Source of the DNA: Mytilus edulis
Lineage: Eukaryota
DNA length: 64,000 bases
Direction of reading: 5' to 3'
NCBI RefSeq assembly: GCF_963676685.1
Contig: NC_092352.1
Location: 43,338,001-43,402,000 of the forward strand
A program made the position numbers and the translations under genes. Below are positions 1 through 35,132 of this stretch, in pieces. The stretch's first letter is position 1. The number at the start of each line of letters is the position of its first letter. The notes under the pieces were generated by a model, which made no database searches, was not told the DNA's origin, and saw nothing but the letters and a program-made list of their open reading frames with translations.

Positions 1-2004
1 ATGTATTGAAATTTATTAAAATCCATCTATTGATATACGTAAATAATTTTTGAATTGTATTTAACTTCTTATTTATTTGAGCATTTAAGATTGCTCATCT
101 AAATCAATTGTCTATTGTTATATAAATGTATTAATAGGCACACTTGAGGAATTGCGCTTAACGACTGTTTTATCGTGTGTTGCATGTACTGAAGATCACA
201 GTATTATGATATCAATGGTTGATTTAATAAGTGTATTTACATATTGTTTTATTATAAACAACTTAAAAATTGGTTGAATTATGAATAGCTTAGAACAGTC
301 AAACACACATTATACTGTAATGTTATATACCAAATTTTTTGGTTTCAAAAGAGGAGCATACTGGTTTGCCCTTGTCCATTCATCTGTCTATCTGTCCATT
401 ACACATCATCTGTCTGTCTGTCTGTTACACATTTCTTTCTTTTTTGAATTGGAGGAGTAGTTTTTAGGCCCAAATCAGATGTTTCCTTTTATTGTCATGC
501 AGCTTCTTTAAAAATAAATGTCTTCAAATTTTTTTTAAAGACATATTATATACTGTTGAGTTATGAAATTAGCAACTTATTCCAGATGGTGGTCCCAAGG
601 ATACTTCATTTATGGATACTCGGGCATGTACTTCTACAAGACTGTATGCCCAGTAATACAATTGCTACATTCTACATTCTGAAATACCCAAACATTGAAA
701 TTTAAGCATCTTGTTAAGTCAGTGTTTTTCATATAACAGGCTATTACTTTAATTATGGAATTTGCATAATTTCTTGTGCTTGAAATTTTTAAATAAATTC
801 CATGTTTATTTGGTATTATAATTTTTTGAGCGGTGCATAACACTTCCCATACAAAGTATTTTGTATAGATAGTGTTGTGCGCAGCACAGTACATTCCATT
901 GAAAATGTACTATTTTCTTCGTAATAGAAAGTGTTGTGGGCATCACAGAACATTGAAGTACAAAATAAAGATGGAATTTATTAAAAATTTCAAGCTTAGA
1001 AACTATGCAAATTCCATAATTAAAAATATTTCCAAGTTTAAATAATAGCCTGTTATATCAATAATCTTTGTTAGATCTATACAAGATACAAGATTGAAAG
1101 TTATTGTTGAACTTTTTTTTCAAAACTTATTACAAAACAGAGATGAAGTTATTAGGTACATATAGACTAGCATTATCAAATTGCATTCCAGTGCTATGAT
1201 TACTTCTCATCTGTAAAGATAACAGACTGTTCCCCTGTTAACTGTAATAGAATCTGGTATTTGTAGTTATTACATAATATACACTTATTATGCGACCATT
1301 TAAGTAGTGTTAACAAACAAAAATCATTAGGACTGTAACTAGAATACGTAGATATGTATTACTGTAGAATTCTAATGAGTTAATTTGATATGTATGCATG
1401 CTTTAGATTATATAAGTTAAGACATGAAACTATGGACTGAAATTTAAGAACAAATGTTTTTGTTTTTTATCCTACTTTTTAAAGAAGATAGTTTAACCTA
1501 TATCCCCCATGAAGAATTTGAATTACAGGTTTATACTCTTCACAAACCTGATGTTTGAAGATTTTTAAGAGAGAAAAGTTTTATGCAAATTAAATTCATT
1601 TTCATTTTAGTAATAGGAAACTTAAGAACTATCTTTAATCTTTCAATTTGATGCATTACCTATACTTAAAAAGTAGACCATAAAAGGTTAAGGTACCTTT
1701 TAGGCTGGTACCACCCGATTTTAATACCCCTGAGCAGTATATCATATAATTTATCTATTTTGGCAAAAATGTACAAATACCTCTATGCATGAGAGACGTC
1801 TATCTTCTAGATGGGAAGTTTGGATGTCTTTTAGGCCAAAGTGGTATCAGAAAAACCCAACAATATCAATTTTTGTTAAAATGGCACTGCAAAACTTAAA
1901 GCACTCACAGAGTTGCAGCCAGTGAAGCATGGTATAAGACAACTATTGAGTCAGAATGAATTGTAAAAGTTTGACTTAAGTAGAAGGCAAACAAGTCTTT
2001 TCCT

Positions 2005-2258
2005 TAGAGCTAATTTCCTAATGCACGTAGATTAGGACTTTGGTTGGCCTGCTTGCTTTGTTTGTACAAACATTGAATTTGGTTATTTGGTTATGTATTA
2101 ATGTCCATTAAAATCTAAATAAGATACTGGTTTAATTATGCTTAGTTATATTGATTGCAGATGTCAATCTTAATAACAATGCTTGAGCTAATGTTTATAC
2201 AAACAAAGCAAGCAAGTCAACCAAAGTATTAATCTACATGCATTAGAAAATGGCTCTA
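2005..2258. repeat. Foldback inverted repeat, ~70-bp arms (MITE-like)
   Basis: TAGAGC...TGCTTGCTTTGTTTGTACAAACATT vs AATGTTTATACAAACAAAGCAAGCA...GCTCTA. Confidence 0.75.
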
Positions 2259-2477
2259 ATCAGAATAGTTTTTCCCCCTTCTTAATCTGAAGTTGGTTGT
2301 CACTGGTTGCATGAACAATTGACTAATGTAGCAATGTTGTGAGAGTTGTAATCTGAAATAAGAACTTTTCATAAGATTTGTTTGCATCCATGCTATGGTG
2401 GTCTCGATTTATTGCAAAACCATTTCATCCAGAGTTTGATAAAAATAAATTACATGTTTTGCATTTTTTCTTTCCAG

Positions 2478-23751
<21,274 letters not shown>

Positions 23752-26700
23752 TGATGAACAGCAATCAAAACCAAATCTGACCTCAGGGATAACCTTCATT
23801 ATATCAGTGATTGGTCAGCAAAAGCTTTTTGTTAACAGTATATAGCATATTATATATACTGTCAGAAATTCAGAATACAAAAAGTGAGCTTGATGAGACA
23901 CTTCATCAGTTATCATCAGCTAGAGAATTTTGATACAGTAATATCTGTTCTAGTGATAGAAAAACTTCAGGACAACATACGTTCTTAAACTGATATCAGC
24001 CCATGTTTCAAAAAGTTATTTAAATTTTTGACTTGTTCAATTTTTTCCCTCTGAAATTTATAAGTAAAGGTGCCAAAAAGCATTTCAAGAGGTGACAACT
24101 CTACTATTTGAAAAAGGGAGATAATATGAATTTATGAAGATTTCATTCTGACAGTTTCATGGTTTACTGCTTATACTGGAATCATTGTCTTTATTTACTT
24201 TTTCACTATGTTCCTGTGAAGTAGATAAAAACAAATTTATATTGGCCAAATTATTGAGGATTATTGCATGTTAATTATATCAACTAGTTTATATGTCAGA
24301 TATCTTTAATATATATATATATGATAAGTACTAATTCATGTGATAACTGTATATGTGCCAATTATACTCAGTCTTCTTTTAAGTTTGCATTTATTTTTAT
24401 TGTATGTAAAGCTATATGCATTTTGAAATTTAAAAAGCATAAATAAGTATTCTGCATTTTCAATTTCATAATGAAATATGGAGAGCATTTTCAGTATTAT
24501 TTGTAAATTGTCCAAATATTAATATATGCACTTTATTTTTATATTCCATGTATTGAGTGTTATTCATATCATTTCTGATATCATATCCCAAGGTCCATAT
24601 CAGTTCAAAAAAATATTTAAAGATGTTTGCTGGTCTTGTATTTGACTTTTTGGCATTCTAGTGTTTTATCCATGTAGTGCTATTTATAGATTATTGTTGA
24701 TCATCTCAACGAAATTGATTTTCTCACTTGAGCCGGTACTGCGAAAGCGAGAAAAGCGATTGAGTTGAGATGACCAATGATTATCTGTTAATCGCTATTT
24801 TACCTATGACGACGTATGAAATGTATGGCTAAAGAATCATTTCCCCCCCAAATTGTCAATGACATATATCTCAAATACATTGAATCTGACCTTTTATTTT
24901 TTTTCTGTTTTTTAGTTCCTTTCTTTATATGCTATCCTTTTAAAAAGTTTGTTATTTTGGAACAGATCAGCTCACATCCTTAAAAGCCTGTAATTGTCAG
25001 TATTTCTATTGAATAAGATAATATTTTATTTGCTGTTTAAATGTGTATGAAACACATAGCATTCATAACCATTGCTGTGCAGATATGCAGAAAAAAATAT
25101 ATCTATGATATGAAAATAGTTTTGACAATTCTGTTACCTATGAATATATCTTTGTATGCCTTGCCTCCAGTTGAAATAAGTTCATTCGCTTTGGATCAAA
25201 ATCCATGCCTCATACATTATGGGATGTATAATATTGGAAATTCTCAAAAATATATCTTTCCTCAATCCACAGTCGTTTATTTGAAAAAGAGACAAACTTT
25301 GTATATGTTATGCAATGGTTTTTTCAATGGTTTTTTATTTGATAGTGCCAAGGATCTATATAGTAATATAAATCCTTGATAGTGCATTGTACATTAGCTA
25401 TTTATTTATTAAATGTAAATAGAGTTCTGTTACTAACTGAATGTAAATGTGCAATTCTAACAAACTTTGTAATGATATATTGCAATAAATATAATCTTCA
25501 TCATCTAAAATTGCTGTTCCAAGTTTTATTTACAAATTATTGAAAGTAAAATTTGGGAAAAAGAAACATTCTACTGAGCTCTAGTAGAAATGCAACAAAA
25601 CTAAAGTCAATTCTCTTGGACACGGTTCATCTGACAATACAAAATTGTTCTTATATTGCTTTCTTAGTCCGTCTTTCTGTCCTGCTTCAGATCTAAGATT
25701 TTGTTCAAGGTAATTTTTGATGAAGTTGAAGTCCAAAAAGTGTGTATGTGTATGTTTCTTAATTATGAAAACAATACTAAATCCCATTGTTTCTCTTTCT
25801 CATCATTTGTGTATTCATGCTAGAGATTTACATTAGTATTTTTTTTTATTGTGCATCAAATTGCCATTTCATGATCAGAGAAATGTATTATATCTGTGAA
25901 CAAGGCTTTCTGTATTAACTGTAAAATAAATCAGTATTACACATTTTACCTATGATAACTGTTATTGCAGTATATGAAAAAATATGCTCAGCTTTGTTTT
26001 CATGTTGAAAAATGGCATATGATACCAAACTCAAATTATACCAACATAGTCTAGATGTTTTTATCAATTCATGGATGCTTAGTTTTATAGAGTCTGAAAT
26101 AAATACCAGTATTTCAAAGTATATATACAAAGTGTTATATAAGCATTTAACATATATCATTTATTTTCAATAGCATATGTAATATTATTTTGAAAATGCT
26201 TATTTTAATTAACGTCATTTGTATGTATAAAATAAGTGTGTACTGTAAGGCCAACTTTCTGTGATTTTATGTTTGAAAGATTACTCTGTGAGATTGTGAA
26301 ACCTATATATCTGTATTATTATATTACATTAGTAATCAACGATTTAAGCATTGGTAAGAATCTTGAATTGTGATAAGGTATATTTAGTTGATTATTTTTA
26401 AAGGTAACTACTATATTACATTCACCAGATATATGTATATGTTTCCTTTCAAAATGAAATGATAACAGAGAAATGAATAAGTGCATGAATTAATTTGAAA
26501 ATTTACTATACAAATTTAGATGTCAGTTATCTCATCAGCTAGTAAATTTTTCATTCTTTTCATTCTTTGAACATTGAATCATTTTAACATGTTTGAATTT
26601 TAGAGAGAATACGGAAACATTCAAATTTCAGTTTTAAAAATTTAGCCACTTCAGGTGGCGGTATTTTTCATGTTTCATTTTGTTGCCAAGAACCCTTACT

Positions 26701-26968
26701 GTTTACAAGTTTTTGTGATTTGGGTGTGTGAATGATTTTTTTAAGATAGTTTATTGTATGTGCCAAGCGTATTTATATGTGAAGATATTTAGTATTGTTT
26801 TGGAATGAATCGTACTACTCATTTTGCATAAACATATTGTTATTTGTTTCATTTCTTTTGAAAATTATTGTTCACAAAATATCACATGTTTATATAAAAT
26901 GTTGTTTTGTTGAAATGAGAAAAAACTCATGTTTTCAGAATATTGGGTGATTTCTCAAATGAAGAAAG

Positions 26969-26974
26969 AATAAA
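26969..26974 (+). terminator. Candidate CDKL polyadenylation signal (another candidate at 25484-25489)
   Basis: AATAAA followed by GT-rich tgtttgttgttttt; AATAAA is common in AT-rich DNA. Confidence 0.3.
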
Positions 26975-29386
26975 AACTGAACATCCATGTTTGTTGTTTT
27001 TATACTGACTTATACCTCATGTTTACTCAGGATTCATTATTACACATTGGATACCAATTTTTTGGGATTTCGTGGGAACAGGTGAACACTGAATTTAATG
27101 TTCAAGGAATAACGAAATTTTAATTGGACAAAACCATGATATTAAATGTCCACAAAAATGCAAATTTTCATCAATCCACAAAAAATTTGTACCCACAAAA
27201 ATAAATGAATCCACAGATATATTCATGAAAATATTCGAAAGACTATGTGTTTTAGAAGCCTTTTTGCTTTTTGTTGAGCCTGCAACTTTTGTCGCAGAAA
27301 GCTCGACAGGGAAAGTGATCCGGCGGCAGTGGCGGTGTTAGCTTACTACTTAAAAGCTTTATATTTTAGCAAATGAACTAGCAAAGGCTCCTAGTCATAT
27401 TAAAATCAAGATGGGAGCAATGAAACATAAGGTGTCTATCAAAAATATACTCATTCTTGTTCAACTTATTTCGATGTACAGTAGAGATATTTTGAGGAAT
27501 CAGCAGTTAAGTCATCTATCCAAAATAAACGAATTGTTTCGCATTTTGTAACTCTGGACCTGTGAATGTGTTTCTATGCAGAATAAATCTAGGCCATTGT
27601 TGAAGTCCATATGTTTACATAAGTTTTTAAAAACATACCAGATAAGAGAATATATTACATAAATTTTATATATTCTAACATTACCGCAACAATTAAATAC
27701 AACCCAGTCAGAAAAACAATGACAGAATACACATGGAAGAGAATCTTTAGCTAAAAAGTATACATCCACAACCCAATGAATAGAGAGAAACACCATGTAT
27801 AAATAAATATGAGTTTATTTATATCTTTATATTGATATATATTTAGTTTGAACACAGTGAGCAGAGTTGTACACATACAACCAATGAATTTCTTTCAACA
27901 AAATCAGTCTTCAGGTAAAATTCCTAGAAACAAATTGACAAATATATATCTTTCCGAAACACATAAGAAAAAATAACAATAAACATGTGCTTAACCTGCA
28001 GCCTTCATAAAAAAGAAGTCTTTACAAAATTAAAATATTTCCAGTCTTTTATAATAAATGCTGCTCTTGACTTCAATTTGTTTCATATCTACTATTTGGA
28101 TTACTGTATTATTGACATGATCTCTATCATTACAAATTTACACTGGAATACTGGCATAAGTGCATGACAAAAAATATCATTAACCATGTATATGTCCATT
28201 TTATCATAACATTTCCTGAACTGATAGATGTGTTAAAGTTAAAGCTTGGCATTATGTATTCAATTCATTTCTTATTATGTTTATTAAAAAGTTAGCAGCA
28301 TAATGATAAAACCTGAAGAAATTTAGCTCTTACTTTTTAACGAAACTTTAAGATAAGAATGGAATTGCCATTCTAACATCTAGAAAAGATCCCTTTAGAA
28401 ATTGGTAATTTTCTATATAAAGTCACAAAAAAGACAATAGATCATTCTGATCAAACAAAGAATATCCAAATCAAGATACTGTTAGGAATAAATTAATGAA
28501 CAAAGCAACAAAATACAATTTGAGCAAGAGATCTTATAAATCTGAATTAGACTATTTTCATATTACTGAGTTTTGACTCTAGATAATAAAATCTTTTTGA
28601 CAAGTAACCTACTCTATGGTATGACACCCTGGTACTTGGTTAAGGAAGAGCAACCAAAAGAAGTAAAATGAAACGTAATTGATGCAGTTTTGGCGCAAAG
28701 TTAACTGTTTTCTGATCGCTTGTCATGTAAAGAAAACACAAAACAATTGAATTTATCCCCCAAATTGTAACAATTGCAAGTTTAATTTAAATTGCTCTAA
28801 CATGACTGAGAACCAGGATGTCCAACAACAGAAAAGACACCTGTTGAAAAAATAAACTCCAGTGAAAAGTCAGTAATATGAAAATAGTCTATTGTGAATG
28901 TATACTGAAGCTGAATGCTTAAATGGTTTATGTTATAAACAATGATTTATACAGAGTCCTAAGTTTTAGACTGAGGCAAGAACATAATAAGTGAAGGAAA
29001 TTTTATAATGTCAATTTTTGTGTGTGAATTATTTTTTTTTAGCAATTTCAGATAAAAACTAACATGGTTTTCAAACTTAATGCTATTTCTCTGTTATTTC
29101 TATACATTAAAAAATATTTACATAATACATAGCAAGAAGAATTTTACATTCAGAGATATCTTTCAATCACTGCTATTTATATATCACTTAGAGACTAGTT
29201 TTTTATCACTTCAATGCTGCTTAAAAACATTCATTTACCTACTACTGATCGGACATAATTCTCTCTCTAATGTTCATGTTATAAAAAAAGAGAAAGTACA
29301 CTGAAGTCTTGTAGAAATGCTTTCATTCAATATTCTGATATTTTCTAGTTGAAAAACATAACCAAGAAAATCCAGCAAAAAATATA

Positions 29387-31380
29387 AACCAGATGCTCCG
29401 CAGGGCGTAGCTTTATACGACCGCAGAGGTTGAACCCTGAACGGTTGGGGCAAGTATGGACACAACATTCAAGCTGGATTCAGCTCTAAATTTGGATTGT
29501 GATTAAATAGTTGACACAGCATAGGTTTCTGACACAGAATGAATGTGTTCTAATGAACTTAAAATTTTTGTTTCTCTTAGAGCAATTCACTATGCTGTTG
29601 AATATTAATCCTCTCAAAAAAATGTTTGAAGAAATTTTCTTTTTTATTTATGAAATTTCAAATGAGAAAAATTGAACCCAATTTTTTTAATCACATCCCC
29701 CTTTCCCTTATTCCAAAACTAATCTCAATTAAAATTTCTAATGGAGTTTGCAACAATAACTACTCATCTAAATACATCATAAAATATTAAGATGTAAAAA
29801 AACTGCTTGTTATCACTGAATGGTAAAGATTATTTTAATTTATCAGTTGGTAGTAAAAAGTGAATATAGATTGTATATTGTATATAACAAAGATTTAAGT
29901 TGATTCTGGACAAAGAAAGATAACTCCAATTAAAAAAAAATCTTGCTATTGCACAATATTTTGCAATTAGATATTTCTTGCTTACTATTCTGGACAAAGA
30001 AAGATAACTCTAATTAAAAAAAAATTTGATATTTCACAATATTGTGCAATTAGATATTTCTTGCCATTGCGCAATACTGTGCAATTGAAAAGACTTGCTA
30101 TTACACAATACTTAATATAATAATTTTAGATCCTGATTTGGACCAACTTGAAAACTGGGCCCATAATAAAAAATCTAAGTACATTTTTGGATTCAGCATA
30201 TCAAAGAACTTCAAGATTTCAATTTTTGTTAAAATCAGACTAAGTTTAATTTTGGACCCTTTGGACTTTAGTGTAGACCAATTTGAAAACAGGACCAAAA
30301 ATGAAGAATCTACATACACAGTTAGATTTGGAATATCAAAGAACCCCATTTATTCAATTTTTGATGAAATCAAACAAAGTTTAATTTTGGACCCCAATTT
30401 GGACCAACTTGAAAACTGGGCCAATAATCAAGAATCTAAGTACATTTTTAGATTCAGCATATCAAAGAACCTGACTGATTCATTTTTTGTCAAAATCAAA
30501 CTAAGTTTAATTTTGGACCCTTTGGACCTTAATGTAGACCAATTTGAAAACGGGACCAAAAGTTAAGAATCTACATACACAGTCATGACAGTTAGATTCA
30601 GCATATCAAAGAACCCCAATTATTCAATTTTGATGAAATCAAACAAAAGTTTAATTTTGGACCCTTTGGGCCCCTTATTATGTTGGGACCAAAACTCCCA
30701 AAATCAAACCCAACCTTTCTTTTATGATCATAAACCTTGTGTTTAAATTTCATAGATTTCTATTTACTTATACTAACGTTATGGTGCGAAAACCAAGAAA
30801 AATGCTTATTTGGGTCCCTTTTTGGCCCCTAATTCCTAAACTGTTGGGACCTAAACTCCCAAAATCAATACCAACCTTCCTTTTGTAGTCATTAACATTG
30901 TGTTTAAATTTCATTGATTTCTATTTACTTAAACTAATGTTATTGTGCGAAAACCAAGAATAATGCTTATTTGAGCCCTTTTTTGGCCCCTAATTCCTAA
31001 ACTGTTGAGACCAAAACTCCCAAAATCAATCCCAACCGTTCTTTTGTGGTCATAAACCTTGTGTCAAAATTTCATAGATTTCTATTAACTTAAACTAAAG
31101 TTATAGTGCGAAAACCAAGAAAATGCTTATTTGGGCCCTTTTTGGCCCCTAATTCCTAAAATGTTGGGACCAAAACTCCCAAAATCAATACCAACCTTCC
31201 TTTTGTGGTCATAAACCTTGTGTTAAAATTTCATAGATTTCCATTCACTTTTACTAAAGTTAGAGTGCGAAAACTAAAAGTATTCGGACGCCGGACGACG
31301 ACGACGACGACGACGACGCCGACGCCAACGTGATAGCAATATACGACGAAAATTTTTTCAAAATTTGCGGTCGTATAAAA
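29387..31380 (-). mobile_element. HINE-like element with (GAC)n tract and two internal tandem-repeat blocks
   Basis: IR TTTATACGACCGCA / TGCGGTCGTATAAA, terminal hairpin, (GAC)n at ~31295-31325, repeat blocks 30125-30670 and 30680-31275 (~160-bp unit). Confidence 0.85.
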
Positions 31381-31897
31381 AAGTAAAAGCTTGGTTAGTT
31401 TATTCCTAATTCTACAGAATATAACTTGATTGAATAATTTTTCTGTTCCTTACACAGCAAAACAATAAATATATTCTGGAGACAAGAGCCTATTACTCTT
31501 TAAAAAAAACATACAGTAAAAGAATATTTCAGAAATTATTGCTATGTCCATATTAACATGATTAATAGGAAAATGTGGCAGTATTAGGTCACAATGGTAA
31601 AAACTTACATTGACAACCTCTTAAGCAATTTCTCTTCATGATTTTTTTTGTGATTGCATTAATTTATTAGATTTTACATTTTCCCCAATTGTCAAAGAGT
31701 TCCATTAAATGCAAAATGTTTTTAAATATTATTAACAGCAAATAGATCTTATTAAGATTTTGTCTTTTCTTTTTCCAATTACTAACTAAAATATAATAAG
31801 TCTTAGGAAGTGTATTTTTTTCTTGTATGTTTTTTTTTAATACAAAGAGCTGCAGACTAGTATTTATATTAATCACAATCTGCTTATCAATGACTTT

Positions 31898-32428
31898 AGG
31901 AGGCTCTATGGTATAAAAATTTCAGAAAAAAATAAACATTTTTTTTTTCATTACAAATTTTATTTCTTACTTTATTAGTTGTTACTTTATCAAAAGTCCA
32001 AAAATCATTCAAATAAATTAATTCGTTTTGGCCCCAGATGACTTTTAAAATGTATGTATCATTGAAAAAGCTCCAAATTATCTCCCTTAGGTGCGAAATT
32101 GCCATTTTTTTGTATTAAAATTGAAATATCTTTTTTAAATCATTGGTGATCTATATTTTTTTATTATTATTTTCAAATAAGCTGTACTTTGACTAAACTA
32201 TTGTAAAATTTTAGCGATTTCTGTAATTTAGTTCTTTTTTTATTTCGATATACCTCATTTTGTCCTATCAGTTCAACAGAAAGTAAGTACTTTTACAAAA
32301 ATGTATGCTTCTTTCTAAGGCAGATTGTGAGCATAAATGGACGGTGACCCCATTTTTTTATTTAATTTTTCTATCAAGTATAAGATAAAGTGCATTCATT
32401 TTTTGTTTTTTTTGCATCCGAGCCTCCT
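31898..32428. mobile_element. Degenerate Kolobok-like MITE
   Basis: AGGAGGCTC...GAGCCTCCT termini. Confidence 0.55.
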
Positions 32429-35012
32429 TGAGCGTCAGACTGAATAGTTGTTGTGTAGTGAAATTATCACAAACCTATTATAACAACATCAAGTTCAGTG
32501 GTGCTCAAAATTCAACAATATATCTCACATCTCATGTATTACTAAAGAACCAGAGACAAGGCATAATTATCTACATTCTCCTTAATCTTTTTTTTTCTAT
32601 AGTCATAAAACTTGACATTATGAGCAAACTTAGAAATTAACTTTTGTTATTTAGTATGGAAGTTAGTATAATATTTATTTAAAAAAGTTTCTTTGTTTTT
32701 CCTTTGTTTTTCAAATGTTACTATAAAAATGCTTCCTTAAAGCATATATACAGACATATATCTTTTTTTTTTATGACTGCTATACGGTAAGTGAATTGTC
32801 TGCCATCCTTTTAATTTAAAAACATAATGCATTTTGTACAACTAATTCATAATGTATTTACAAGTATGAAAATACAATAATAATCTGTACAATAAAATGA
32901 ATGCATGTTGTGAGATTCTTGTATCAGATATTTTTTACAAAGATTATTTTAAATGTGATGCAATAAGCATGAACATAGAAACAATCCCAGAATCAAAATC
33001 TTGATTGAAACTGTAAGAAACAATGCAAAATTAATCTAAATTGATGACGGCATCTAATATTTTTCTAATATGATGATGTTTGACTTATTTCAACAGTTTC
33101 TGTTTCAACAATACTTTGAATTATGTATACTATAAAAAAAAAAAATCCATGATCCTATTCTTATTGTCATTATTAAAATAGAAATTTATGTATCAACAAC
33201 ATATTATTTTTTCAGATGATTTTAAGACAAATGTAAGATTGTATGAGCTCTACAAATGTTTACATAGTTTGAAAGAATTCAATAAGAAATATATCAGAAA
33301 ATAGAGTCTATACACTATTTTTTTTAAATTTCAGTTCTACTTCGACAAGCCAAATCTGTACGGAATATTTAACAAAAATTTGTGACATAGGCATTTCCTA
33401 TCCTTTGACCTTAATAGTAGCTACATAATTTCAAGGTCAATCATGAAAGTGACAATAAAAAATCATTATTCAATCTTCTATCAAAACAAATATCATAAAA
33501 ATTTGACTAACTGTCAATTCTGTTTTAATACCAGTCCATGTACATGTACAATCTATGACAAAACATAGGTGGATAGAATATTTTACAAAATCCTGACAGA
33601 AATATATAATACTATCACTAACTCAGTTCTGTATTGCACAGTCAAAAATATCATACAAAATTATTAAGTACATTACAAATTTATAAAATGGTTTTAACAA
33701 TATGAATATAAAAATATCTATTTTCTACAAGTGATATGAAGCATTTTTGAACAGCATTATCTGATAATATTGATTGGGCATGCCAAGTCTTGAGAAAGAA
33801 TAAAAATTATATTTTATGTCAAAATTAAAAAAAATATGGTATCTTTGATCTGGATCATCGTTAAGTATAGTTTCATCAATCAAAGTTTATCAAAACACTT
33901 AATAAATTCAGGTTTTTTTTACTGCTATTGTTTTTCCTTTATATAAATATTAGAAATAAAAGTTTGCAAAAATTACTAGTGATTACCTCAAAACTTGCTT
34001 CCATTGCACAAAAATATAATGATATGTAAAAAGTATCAATTTTTGCAGAAGTACACCTGCAATTCTAAATTATTCTTGGTAATTTAATAAGCTAGTTTCT
34101 TTCTGTCTTTTCTATTATCTGAATGTAAAAAAAAATTCACCCAAAAAGTCAAAAAAAATCAAAGCAATGTTTGAAATTAAACTTTCCACTGATACCTAAT
34201 TAGATAATATCCTCTTGTATAAGGTGAACAGGTATAAAAGTGAATATGCATACCATAGATAATAGCTCTGGTTAGGTGGAGTTGTCCCTAACCTATTTAC
34301 TTTTTTTGAATACTCAATTATTTATGAAATGCACAGGTATCAGAATTTTGCATAGATATACAAATATGAAATAGCATATATTTACATGTATCACATAATG
34401 AACTAAAAGATTTCCCCAATATGGGAATGCATATACTGTATAAAAGTTTACAACCGTAACTGATAAAGCAAATTATAGCACTAACCGTAACTAAAACAAG
34501 CCCTTCAAATCACACAACTCAAAAACTTGTATAGCTATTTATATATACTGAATATACCCTGATGTCCCGACCTTGTTTTATGTCATAAAATATCAATTGC
34601 ATACTTCATAATCAGCGTAATACACACCGATGATATTTCATAAATTATGATTTCAATGTGAAATTTGATATAAAATTTACCGGTATCAACCATATATGAA
34701 AAACATTAAATAATGGCAAATTAAAGCTATATCTAATTATCAACTAAGTAGAAAAAATTAGAAAATCTTATTCTTAACTCTCTTCAAATTATTATTCTGA
34801 GATGTAAAACTGCTAACCTGACTACAGATTTTCTGACTTCTTATAAAAATAACTATTCTTCCTTTGCTAAATTAGTTCAAAGACTATAAGCATCTATAAT
34901 TTAGCTCTATATAAAGTTCTTGTATGTTATATTATGCTTTTTTGACTAAACAATAACAGGTGATGAGTTGTCTGATTTGAAAGGTATTACTGTAACAAAA
35001 TATAATGCTGTG

Positions 35013-35132
35013 TTACAATGATGTAGACTCTGATCTTCTGTTTTTAAATAGATCGTAATAATCCGGTGGTGATTTTATCTGTCCTATTGGTTTTAATAGC
35101 ATCTCTTTACCTGCTACTGTTATGTGGTGATT
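35013..35132 (-). CDS. SH2D4: SH2D4 last coding exon (NHHITVAGKEMLLKPIGQ...DYYDLFKNRRSESTSL*)
   Basis: ttttcag| acceptor, phase 0, TAA stop. Confidence 0.92.
   Translation of the reverse strand, partial: NHHITVAGKEMLLKPIGQIKSPPDYYDLFKNRRSESTSL

Noticed and set aside
1-2477. First CDKL coding exon (GxGxYG/VAIK)
   Set aside because: No matching sequence found; it presumably lies upstream of the window.
25041-25379. 112-aa ORF and other 60-130-aa intronic or intergenic ORFs
   Set aside because: AT-rich chance or repeat-derived frames with no domain motifs.
30101-30566. ORFs 30138-30566 (+) and 30101-30349 (-) with repeated peptide motifs
   Set aside because: Chance open frames across the HINE's internal tandem repeats.
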